From NCBI GenBank assembly GCA_030586555.1, contig JAURAC010000013.1, forward strand, positions 50,771 through 76,694: a DNA stretch of 25,924 bases, written 5' to 3'. Of this stretch, positions 17,478 through 25,117 are shown one piece after another. The notes under the pieces are model-generated. The model had not been told where the DNA came from. It was given only the letters and a program-made list of their open reading frames with translations, and did not search any database. Positions within the stretch are counted from its first letter, which is position 1, and the number at the start of each line of letters is the position of its first letter. Source of the stretch: Candidatus Subterrananammoxibius californiae. GTDB taxonomy: Bacteria; Planctomycetota; Brocadiia; Brocadiales; Subterrananammoxibiaceae. Made by a program: the position numbers and the translations under genes.

Positions 17478-18578
17478 GTGCTTGACTTTACATCTGTGCT
17501 TTACCTCGGTATGCGGCATGGGAGCCGGTCTTTGCGACCATGGAATCAGCTAACGACTGGCGTGCCTGCCGCCCTTGCCTTGCCGCCTGGTATGGATAAT
17601 GTAGCCCAAAGGTTAGCCTCTTTGCAGGGTTGTGAAAGGGCAACACTCGGCACATCCACCCTGCATCTCTTCTGGGACCTATTTGGGATATTGGCTGATC
17701 CGCCTGAGGCGGAGGTAACGATATACATGGACGCCGGCGCCTACCCAATTGTGCGGTGGGGCGTTGAACGTGCGGAGGCGCTCGGAATAGCCGTACGGAA
17801 GTTTCCTCAGCATAACGTGTCTGCCTTGCAAAGGCTCATAAGGCAGGATGCCTTATGCGGAGTGAGACCCCTCGTGGTTAGTGACGGTTTTTGCACGATT
17901 TGTGGTAAACCAGCGCCTGTTGCTCAATATCTAGAGTGTGTACGCCCCTTTGACGGGCTACTGATTCTTGACGATACGCAGGCATTGGGAATCCTTGGCC
18001 ATTCGCCTGAACCCGATGTATCCTATGGCTGGGGAGGCGGTGGGTCGTTGCGCTGGAGCGGTGTCGATGGTCCCGATGTACTTATGGTCAGCTCGCTGGC
18101 AAAAGGCTTTGGCGTCCCGATAGCAGTATTATCCGGCAATAAGGCTATAATACGGCGTTTCGAGATGGAGAGCGAAACACGCGTACATTGCAGCCCTCCA
18201 TCGTTAGCGGTCATCCATGCGGCTGAACACGCACTAAACACAAACCGTGAGCACGGGGATGCCTTGAGGCTCCGTCTGGCGCAACTTGTCAGTCGTTTCC
18301 GCAATCGGCTGAAAAAGGCAGGACTCTCCGCCACAGGTGGATTATTCCCGGTCCAGACGCTTGCCCCAATACCAGAAATAGATGCCAGGACTCTGCACCA
18401 ACGCCTGCTCCAACTCGGAATCCAAACCGTCCTGCGCCATGGAGCAAACAAAAACAGCCCGTGCATAAGTTTTCTTATAACCACGAGACACACGCCACGT
18501 GATATTGACCGTGCGGTGGATGCACTTACATACGTTGTGGTAAAAAATTATAGTACCTATATTGGAGGTGAAAAATGA
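17478..18578 (+). CDS. PLP-dependent class II aminotransferase fold, BioF/alpha-oxoamine-synthase-like but divergent
   Basis: LDFTSVLYLG (cf. NFxSNDYLG), VVSDG, LILDDTQALG, SSLAKGFG (PLP lysine), CSPPS; GTG start with GAGGA RBS. Confidence 0.8.
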   Translation: MLDFTSVLYLGMRHGSRSLRPWNQLTTGVPAALALPPGMDNVAQRLASLQGCERATLGTSTLHLFWDLFGILADPPEAEVTIYMDAGAYPIVRWGVERAEALGIAVRKFPQHNVSALQRLIRQDALCGVRPLVVSDGFCTICGKPAPVAQYLECVRPFDGLLILDDTQALGILGHSPEPDVSYGWGGGGSLRWSGVDGPDVLMVSSLAKGFGVPIAVLSGNKAIIRRFEMESETRVHCSPPSLAVIHAAEHALNTNREHGDALRLRLAQLVSRFRNRLKKAGLSATGGLFPVQTLAPIPEIDARTLHQRLLQLGIQTVLRHGANKNSPCISFLITTRHTPRDIDRAVDALTYVVVKNYSTYIGGEK

Positions 18579-19402
18579 AGAACCCATTTGAGGAAGAGTT
18601 ACTTGAACCAGAAACGGAATTTGATGAAGAGGTAGGATTGTTTGAGGAATTTGATGAAGAGCAATCTGATACCTTCCTTGAATTTGATGAGGAGGGGACT
18701 CCTGTGACCAGTGACATGCCTCGGGGACCCTTCGGTACCCTAAATATCGCTACACTTGAGCGGTTCCGCTTCACCTACGTATTCACACCGGAGGACGTCC
18801 TTTGGACGTCACGATTTATCGTAGGCGAGGCAGGCGGTAGAAACGACATGGACAACCAAGCGGTTATTTGGGCTATGTTCAACCGTTACGCCTTCTTTAC
18901 ACATAAGTATTATAAAACGTTCCATAATTTCATCCGTGCCTACTCTACACCTCTCCAGCCCGTTTTGAGGAGTTGGGGAGCAGCTAAGCGCCACATGCAC
19001 AAACCTGAATTTGTACGAACAGGCGGATACTACGCCCCACCTCACGATAACATCCCGCGGGGACAACTCCGACGCTTCTTAAGACTTCAAACAACGTCCT
19101 GGAGTCAACTGCCGGAAAGCGCTCGATCGCTCGCTGAGCAGGCTATGAAGGGCGGGGTTCTTAACCCGATCGATAATGCGAGCGAGTTTGGTTCCACCTA
19201 CGTTTACTTCCATGACAGGTACAGGCGTTACCCAAGCAACGATGAATGGCGACAATTCACCGAGGCGTACGCACGCAGCAAGGGTTGGATTTGGATCGGT
19301 CAAGTACCGGGTCTCAACCAAAAGAAAAACACCTTTTTCGTACAAAAGCGGGTTGCGAACCTTCCGCAGCGCATCGTTCGCGTGGTTCCGCCCAGTTCTT
19401 AA
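18575..19402 (+). CDS. Acidic-leader protein with a putative SleB/Hydrolase_2-like cell-wall hydrolase domain
   Basis: RBS GGAGGTG and ATGA overlap with the upstream gene; about 42-aa E/D/F-rich leader; FIVGEAGG...QAVIWAMFNR resembles the ExxGE...AVxxVxxNR motif of SleB/CwlJ. Confidence 0.55.
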   Translation: MKNPFEEELLEPETEFDEEVGLFEEFDEEQSDTFLEFDEEGTPVTSDMPRGPFGTLNIATLERFRFTYVFTPEDVLWTSRFIVGEAGGRNDMDNQAVIWAMFNRYAFFTHKYYKTFHNFIRAYSTPLQPVLRSWGAAKRHMHKPEFVRTGGYYAPPHDNIPRGQLRRFLRLQTTSWSQLPESARSLAEQAMKGGVLNPIDNASEFGSTYVYFHDRYRRYPSNDEWRQFTEAYARSKGWIWIGQVPGLNQKKNTFFVQKRVANLPQRIVRVVPPSS

Positions 19403-19538
19403 CAGGCACTCTTACCCGTGCTGGATTCGCCTATGCTCCTCCGTGAGGCGGCAACGGTACAAATCACAGTTGCGGGCTTAGGCCGCAGACGGGGGCTGGA
19501 TTCGCCGTGGGCGCAGTACCATTCTGCTTGGAGTCTAA
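19403..19538 (+). pseudogene. Degenerate remnant homologous to the C-terminus of 13810..14451
   Basis: PMLLREAATVQITVAGLGRRRG, then a frameshift at GGGGG (19491-19495), then WIRRGRSTILLGV* (TAA 19536-19538); compare PGLLRQPAPPAVGITGLSGRWIRRGRKIILLGV*. Confidence 0.7.
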
Positions 19539-19718
19539 CCATTGTTGATAGCTCCACTGCCTTATGAATGACGGGATAGAATGTACATACATTGCTGACG
19601 CTATTAGATTGCTAAAAATTTGATGTGTGTAACGTATGTAACTGCGGCGACGGTAGGTAAAGGAGAAAAACTGAGGTGCGGTAATTTACGCGCAAATAGC
19701 ATGCGGAGGAGAGGTCTC

Positions 19719-19886
19719 ATGATTATTGATTCCCACTGTCATACTGGGAAGGGGGATGGGCTGACGGGTACGTTGGATACATCGGCGCCGATAGAGCGCT
19801 ATTTGCAACGCGCAGTAAAGGCTGAAATCAATCGCACGGTGCTTTTTGCGGCGTTTCACTCAGATTACGCAGTGGTAAAAACCTAA
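19719..19886 (+). pseudogene. Truncated 5' duplicate of the amidohydrolase gene (55 aa)
   Basis: MIIDSHCHTGKGDGLTGTLDTSAP...INRTVLFAAFHSDYAV aligns without gaps to the first 52 aa of 21550..22395; it has its own RBS GGAGGAGAGG. Confidence 0.9.
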
Positions 19887-19901
19887 ATGTTGGAGGTGAA
19901 A

Positions 19902-21485
19902 ATGTGTAAAACGTGCAAAGGAAAATGTTTGTTGAACATTGAGGAGGAGCCATTTGAGGCATACTCGGAGATTGATGAAACGAACGAACCGTTCGATGCT
20001 TACTCGGAGTTCGATAACGAGACTGATTATCTGCAAGAAATAGAGGACGGCGATTCCTTCTTTGAGTTCTACGAAGAAGGCGCACCATTCGACACCGAGA
20101 CGATCGACAGCGAGTGGCTTGCGGAGGTCAATCGGAATAGCAAGGAGTACATTCGTTGGGTTCAGCGCTTACTGAACCAGATTATGGGGTTGAGGCTTGC
20201 TGAAGACGGCATCAAGGGGGCTCAGACCCGCAGCGCGATTCGGAGTTTTCAACAGAAGCAAGGCTTGATTGTGGATGGGAATGTAGGCCCCAACACGGAA
20301 GCGGCACTCATTAAAGCGACGGGTGGTCGGGTACCAGAGCCTGGTATGACGATGCCCACGGACACTATAAAACCAGCGGCAGCAAGACTCAAACATTTCG
20401 ACAAGAACTCAGCCAAGCTCAAGGACTTCCACGCACCCGAAATCGATAGGGTGGCTGACCGGGTTGCGGTGAGTTGGAGAACAGGGCAGCCCATCTTTAC
20501 AATCTATGTCAAAGGGCATACGAGTTCAGAAGGTCCGGCACAGTATAATATTGGTCTATGAAACCATAGGGCACTCGCAGTCAGGAAGGCTTTGCAGAAA
20601 GCGCTGGAACGTAAACAAAAGAACTTGAGCTACAAGGTTCTTATCCTTGCTCAAAGCAAGGGAGCAAAGGAGCCGATTGATACTAATGCGACCGAAGAAG
20701 GGAGGTCACAGAATCGTAGAGTGGAAATATTCTTGTCGACCAAAGCATTAGCCCCTCTTCCTAAAAAGAAGCCACCTTCTCCTGAGAAAAAACGAGACCT
20801 GATTTGCCCACCATCTGTTCGACCACACATTTGTGTACAACCCAATAGCATTGGTTTCTGGGCCAAGGAGGGGAGTTCAGATCGTTTATTCGAAACGTTC
20901 GCTATTCAGAACTCTGCGCCGAGTTCACTGAACTGGAGTATCTGGATAGAGAAGACATCGAAGAGGTCGTGGCTATCTGTCACACCCACGGCCGGCGTAT
21001 TTGGTGAAGATCCACAAAGAATAAACGTGATTGCAGAGCCCAAAGGGCTGCCTAAAGGTAACTATTTTGCAACCATTAGGATTAGTGCGCCGGGTGCAGA
21101 CAATAGCCCGCAAAAGGTAACCGTCCATCTTCGGGTGGAAGCCTGGGACGTAATTGAGCCCATCCCTCGCAGAAGACTGGTTGCTACTGGTATATGGCGG
21201 ACTGGGTCGACTGAATATGTAGCAGCCTCAGACCAAAGGGACGTCATGCGATTTCAATTGAAGAATATTGGCACATTGCCAGCAAATGTGGCCATAAGAG
21301 CTAATAACGGTGAACAAAAACAAGTTATTCTTGCTCCATTTGGGGCGTCTGCTGACCTGACGTTTCTTAACCCTATCAGAGGCTTTTGGAACTGGCAATT
21401 TTGGGTCAACAACAGTCTAAGTATCCCAACACCAGCGGGTGGAGGAACCCAAATAACCTGGCGTCTATACGCAGAATTGCCCTAA
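19902..21485 (+). pseudogene. Acidic leader + peptidoglycan-binding + OmpA-C-like + BACON/Ig-like protein, interrupted by an in-frame TGA at 20559-20561
   Basis: Track ORFs 19887..20561 and 20592..21485 share a frame. PG-binding: WVQRLLN..EDGIKGAQTRSAIRSFQQKQGLIVDGNVGPNT. OmpA: FDKNSAKL..VKGHTSSEG..YNIGL*NHRALAV..GAKEPI..NATEEGRSQNRRVEI. Ig-like: SWLSVTPTAG..GLPKGNYFATIRI. RBS GGAGGTG precedes ATG 19902. Confidence 0.8.
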
Positions 21486-21549
21486 TCTGCGGACATGACC
21501 TTTGCGAGTTCATCGAGATAGCGACAAGAATTAGAGGCTTGCACCGTAT

Positions 21550-22395
21550 ATGATCATTGACTGCCACTGCCATGCTGGGAAAGGGGATGGGTTGACTGGC
21601 CCGTGGGATACAGCGGCGCCGCTTGGGCAATATATGCGCTGGGCGGCAAGGGCTGGCATTAATCGCACGGTGCTCTTTGCGGTTTTTCATTCGGACTACG
21701 CCGTAGCCAACCGCCAGGTAGCACACATCGTAGCAAGCCGCCCCGATAAATTCTACGGTTTTGCCTTTATCCATCCTCAGCAAGACCGAGGACGGGTGTA
21801 CAGGTTAGTACAAGAGGCGGTGGGACGATTTGGATTCGTTGGAATCAAGGTACACAGATACGATGGTCGAATCACCCGTGAGATTTGTGAGGTAGCTCGT
21901 GCATTTTCACTGCCCGTACTATACGATGTGATGGGCGAGGTCTCGGTGGTGGAGCTTTTAGCTGAAGAGTATCCAGACGTTTCTTTTGTTATCCCGCACC
22001 TCGGTAGTTTTTCGGATGACTGGAAAGCGCAACTTGCCCTGATAGACCATCTGGTACGTCATCCCAACATTTACACCGACACATCAGGTGTTCGCCGTTT
22101 TGATTTACTTGAAGAGGCGGTACGGCGAGCAGGGGCAAAGAAGATTCTTTTCGGGTCCGATGGACCCTGGCTGCATCCTGGCATCGAATTGGCTAAGGTG
22201 CGCGCCCTGGGTTTGTCTAAATCTGAAGAGCAAATGGCGCTGGGTGGGAATTTGATGCGACTGATTGGACAGGTTAGCACGAAGCCTGTGGTAGGTATTG
22301 TTGCGTTTGCAGGTAGGGGTAACCTATATAAGAATGGCAAGGAAACCATGCCCCTGCATTATCCTGAGATATATGACCCATGGGCAGGGGAATAA
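21550..22395 (+). CDS. Metal-dependent amidohydrolase (Amidohydro_2-like TIM barrel)
   Basis: IIDCHCH (HxH), GIKVH, IPHLG, YTDTS, ILFGSDGP. Confidence 0.9.
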   Translation: MIIDCHCHAGKGDGLTGPWDTAAPLGQYMRWAARAGINRTVLFAVFHSDYAVANRQVAHIVASRPDKFYGFAFIHPQQDRGRVYRLVQEAVGRFGFVGIKVHRYDGRITREICEVARAFSLPVLYDVMGEVSVVELLAEEYPDVSFVIPHLGSFSDDWKAQLALIDHLVRHPNIYTDTSGVRRFDLLEEAVRRAGAKKILFGSDGPWLHPGIELAKVRALGLSKSEEQMALGGNLMRLIGQVSTKPVVGIVAFAGRGNLYKNGKETMPLHYPEIYDPWAGE

Positions 22396-22487
22396 TTCCT
22401 TTGTAATGGAAGCGGATCCAATAGACCGCCCCTTTAGCCCCTCCTTACGAAGGAGGAGAAAGAAGGGAGGTTATTTTATCTGCCTTT

Positions 22488-23882
22488 TCAGTTTGTTTTA
22501 TTCTCTATGCCTTGATTGCGTTGAGCAGCACGACGCAACTGTAAGGTACGGTCTGTAACACCCAGCTTCTGTGCTGCCTGCTGCAAATTACCATTACAAT
22601 CGCTAACAGCTATACGTATAGCGGTATTTTCTGCAACTCTGCCAATCTCTTTGAGCTGAATACCGAAAGAAAGCGCTCGACGGATAGCACGTTCAAAGGA
22701 TTCATCGCACCAATCCAACAGCTCCATTTCTCCCGAAGTGCGTTCTTCCTCGGGAATATCGCCAACGGTAATGGGTCCCGGTCTCACGTGGCGGTACATC
22801 ATGCGCGATATCAACTGCTTTAAATCGCGCACATTGCCAGGATACTCACGCTTAAGCAGATACTCTCGTACTGATTCATCCAGCTCAGGTAATTCTTCAT
22901 TGGGTCGAAGTTGTTTTATGAAGTGGCGCACGAGCAGGAGGATGTCCTCAATACGTTCACGGAGCGGTGGTAGCTTACACGTCCAGCTTGCAATGCGGTA
23001 GTATAAGTCCTGGCGGAACTTGCCTCTCTTTACTTCTTCCTGCAAGTCCTTATTGGTTGTCACACCAAGGCGAAAATTTGTATGCTGCCATGTGTTACCC
23101 CCTATACGCTTATATGTGCGCTCTTGCACTACGCGCAACAACTGTGCCTGTAGTCCAAGTAGTAGCTCACTCACTTCATCCAGAAATAACGTGCCGCCAT
23201 TTGCCAGCGCAAACGCACCATCACGGGGGGCGACTGCGCCGGTAAAGGCGCCACGCTCATGCCCGAAGAACTCACTTCCCGACAGCTCCGGTACAATGGT
23301 GGTACAGTCCAGTATTATGAGTTCTCCCTTATTTGGCCGCTGATCCAATGTGTGAATTAATCGCGCTACCAACTCTTTGCCCGTCCCACTCTCTCCCGTG
23401 ATTAATATGGAGGCGTCCGTAAAGTATGCTATTTCCACAACCTGGCGCAGTGTGGACTTCCATGCTAAACTTTGCCCAACTAAATTGTTAGAAACAAGGG
23501 GTGATTGTACTAATTGGTCAATAGTTTTCCAACGCTTGAGCCGCTCCGCTACATTCTTTACAAAGTTTATTGAGTGTTCCCATACTAATACGTCTGAGGC
23601 ACCGGCTTGCAGTAGTCTCCAGGCGCCACCACCAAGTAGTATGGAGCGAAAGACCGCTATTGCTAACACTCGCCCGATGCCATTTCTTGTGACTTCTCTC
23701 AGAAAATTACAGTGTTGTGGTGTGATTTCATCCAAGAAGAGTATGCCCGGACCTGTTAGCGCATCAAAGTTGAGCGGATACGTCTCAATACCTGCATCCC
23801 CAAAAGACTCAGCTACTGCGCTCAGGGATAGGTTATCACTACTTCGTAATAAGAAGTGAAGCCAAGCCGTCATCCCAGCCAT
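22488..23882 (-). CDS. Sigma54-dependent transcriptional activator (bEBP; AAA+ and Fis-type HTH)
   Basis: Walker A GESGTGKE, FGHERGAFTGA, Walker B LFLDEV, FRQDLYYRI, YPGNVRDL, HTH GNLQQAAQKLGV; degenerate receiver-like N-terminus (AGASDVL). Start likely ATG 23882 or 23873. Confidence 0.93.
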   Translation of the reverse strand: MAGMTAWLHFLLRSSDNLSLSAVAESFGDAGIETYPLNFDALTGPGILFLDEITPQHCNFLREVTRNGIGRVLAIAVFRSILLGGGAWRLLQAGASDVLVWEHSINFVKNVAERLKRWKTIDQLVQSPLVSNNLVGQSLAWKSTLRQVVEIAYFTDASILITGESGTGKELVARLIHTLDQRPNKGELIILDCTTIVPELSGSEFFGHERGAFTGAVAPRDGAFALANGGTLFLDEVSELLLGLQAQLLRVVQERTYKRIGGNTWQHTNFRLGVTTNKDLQEEVKRGKFRQDLYYRIASWTCKLPPLRERIEDILLLVRHFIKQLRPNEELPELDESVREYLLKREYPGNVRDLKQLISRMMYRHVRPGPITVGDIPEEERTSGEMELLDWCDESFERAIRRALSFGIQLKEIGRVAENTAIRIAVSDCNGNLQQAAQKLGVTDRTLQLRRAAQRNQGIENKTN

Positions 23883-23904
23883 AGAGTTAGTTATCCCAAT
23901 ACAT

Positions 23905-23927
23905 GCAGGTTTAAAACCTGCCCCTAT
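23905..23927. repeat. REP-like palindrome upstream of the activator
   Basis: GCAGGTTT-A-AAACCTGC-CCCTA (TAGGGGCAGGTTTTAAACCTGC on the - strand). Confidence 0.55.
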
Positions 23928-23952
23928 AACCCACTTTATGCAGATAACAAAA

Positions 23953-23980
23953 ATAATAACGATTAAAACTAACTTGTCAA
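23953..23980 (-). promoter_or_regulatory. Putative sigma70 promoter of the activator gene
   Basis: Minus strand TTGACA-N16-TATTAT about 70 bp upstream of ATG 23882. Confidence 0.5.
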
Positions 23981-24064
23981 GAAAAAAATTACTCAAAAAT
24001 AGACATTGAGCATATATCTCTTTGAACTGTACGTTGTTGCAAACACCTAAAGGGTAAATATGTA

Positions 24065-24092
24065 GTAGGGGCACGGCGCGCCGTGCCTCTAC
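24065..24092. repeat. GTAG-type REP-like palindrome
   Basis: GTAGGGGCACGGCGCGCCGTGCCTCTAC. Confidence 0.7.
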
Positions 24093-24175
24093 CTTGCGCA
24101 ATTCACACGGCTAAAGCCTGCGGCTATTCACAATGATAATTTTCAATGTCTATTTTGGGGATTAGAGTCTCAGAG

Positions 24176-25117
24176 TCATGAGTCTGGAAGTTGGAAGTCG
24201 TGGTGGGGTTGCCTCACCAACCCACTCCTATATCGGACATATTCTGCAATGGACACCCTTTTGCCGTTCTTTAATAATGCAGACTTGCCAAAGTCTTTCA
24301 TTTTTCCCAACGATTCTGCATCAAATACTGGACCGTCAATACAGACCCTCTGACCGTCGCAGTCGCATTGGCCGCATACGCCAATTGCACATTTTACATA
24401 CCTATCAAGGGATGCCTCGCATCCAATTCCTTTCTTCCTGCAAAATTCCCACACCTTAAACATCATTGCCTCTGGTCCGCACGTATAGATAATATCAAAT
24501 TTATGGCGTTGAAATAGAGCCTCCAGCAAATCTGTAGGATAACACTTCGTACCAATAGAGCCGTCATCCGTACACAATATCATATCTTTAAACCTATCTC
24601 TATATAGTAACTCTTCAGCAGTCCTTGCCCCTTGAATAACAATAGGCTTTTTTAAATTTTCTATAAGCATAGCAATCGAGGCAATCCCAACGCTCCCACC
24701 CACTATGCATGTTGTGCCTGAGGCAGATTCGCCTCGGCGAACGTTATTCTTAAGGCTAAACCCTTTCCCATAAGGACCGCGAAAACCCACTTTATCCCCA
24801 ACCTTCATTGAGTGTAATTTGTGTGTGAACTCGCCACGGACGAGCACTGTCACGCCAAAGGAGTCGTTGGTGTGGTATGAGATTGCAAATGGTTTTTCAT
24901 CCACGCCTGGTATCCAGAGCATAATGAACTGTCCGCATGAGGCGGATTGAAACTCAAGTTTATAGTCGAATATAAATGTCTTCACGCGCACCGACTCGGT
25001 GATAATATCAGATATTTTTACCATAATTGGTATATCAATGAAATTATGTCTGTCATTGCGAGGCGAAGCCGAAGTCATGCCTGAGGCAGATTCGCCTTGG
25101 CGAACAATCTCAATCAT
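24176..25117 (-). CDS. pyrK: Dihydroorotate dehydrogenase electron transfer subunit
   Basis: GQFIMLWIPGVDEKPFAIS, RGPYGKGF, YTCGPEAMM, [2Fe-2S] motif KCAIGVCGQCDCDGQRVCIDGPVF; ATG 25117 overlaps the pyrD stop; contains repeat-derived insertions. Confidence 0.92.
   Translation of the reverse strand: MIEIVRQGESASGMTSASPRNDRHNFIDIPIMVKISDIITESVRVKTFIFDYKLEFQSASCGQFIMLWIPGVDEKPFAISYHTNDSFGVTVLVRGEFTHKLHSMKVGDKVGFRGPYGKGFSLKNNVRRGESASGTTCIVGGSVGIASIAMLIENLKKPIVIQGARTAEELLYRDRFKDMILCTDDGSIGTKCYPTDLLEALFQRHKFDIIYTCGPEAMMFKVWEFCRKKGIGCEASLDRYVKCAIGVCGQCDCDGQRVCIDGPVFDAESLGKMKDFGKSALLKNGKRVSIAEYVRYRSGLVRQPHHDFQLPDS

Noticed and set aside
17478..18578. Calling the PLP enzyme bioF
   Set aside because: Key His motifs are substituted and no other biotin genes are present.
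19620..19718. Track start of the 88-aa ORF 19620..19886
   Set aside because: Homology to the amidohydrolase and the RBS place the start at 19719.
20559..20561. Selenocysteine recoding of the in-frame TGA
   Set aside because: The position corresponds to the Ser of an OmpA motif, not a redox Cys, and I see no convincing SECIS hairpin directly downstream.
13810..22395. Prophage, eCIS/T6SS, encapsulin or anti-phage defence assignment
   Set aside because: I recognise no sheath, tube, baseplate, capsid, terminase, nuclease or NTPase motifs; remote structural homology cannot be excluded without a structure search.
22425..22475. Intrinsic terminator between the amidohydrolase and the activator
   Set aside because: Only a short CTCCTT/AAGGAG stem within a degenerate C-rich/G-rich repeat; too weak to call, though it may act as one.
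23883..24101. N-terminal hydrophobic extension of the activator, suggesting a membrane anchor
   Set aside because: It covers two REP-like palindromes and a TTGACA/TATTAT promoter candidate; the real start is probably 23882 or 23873.
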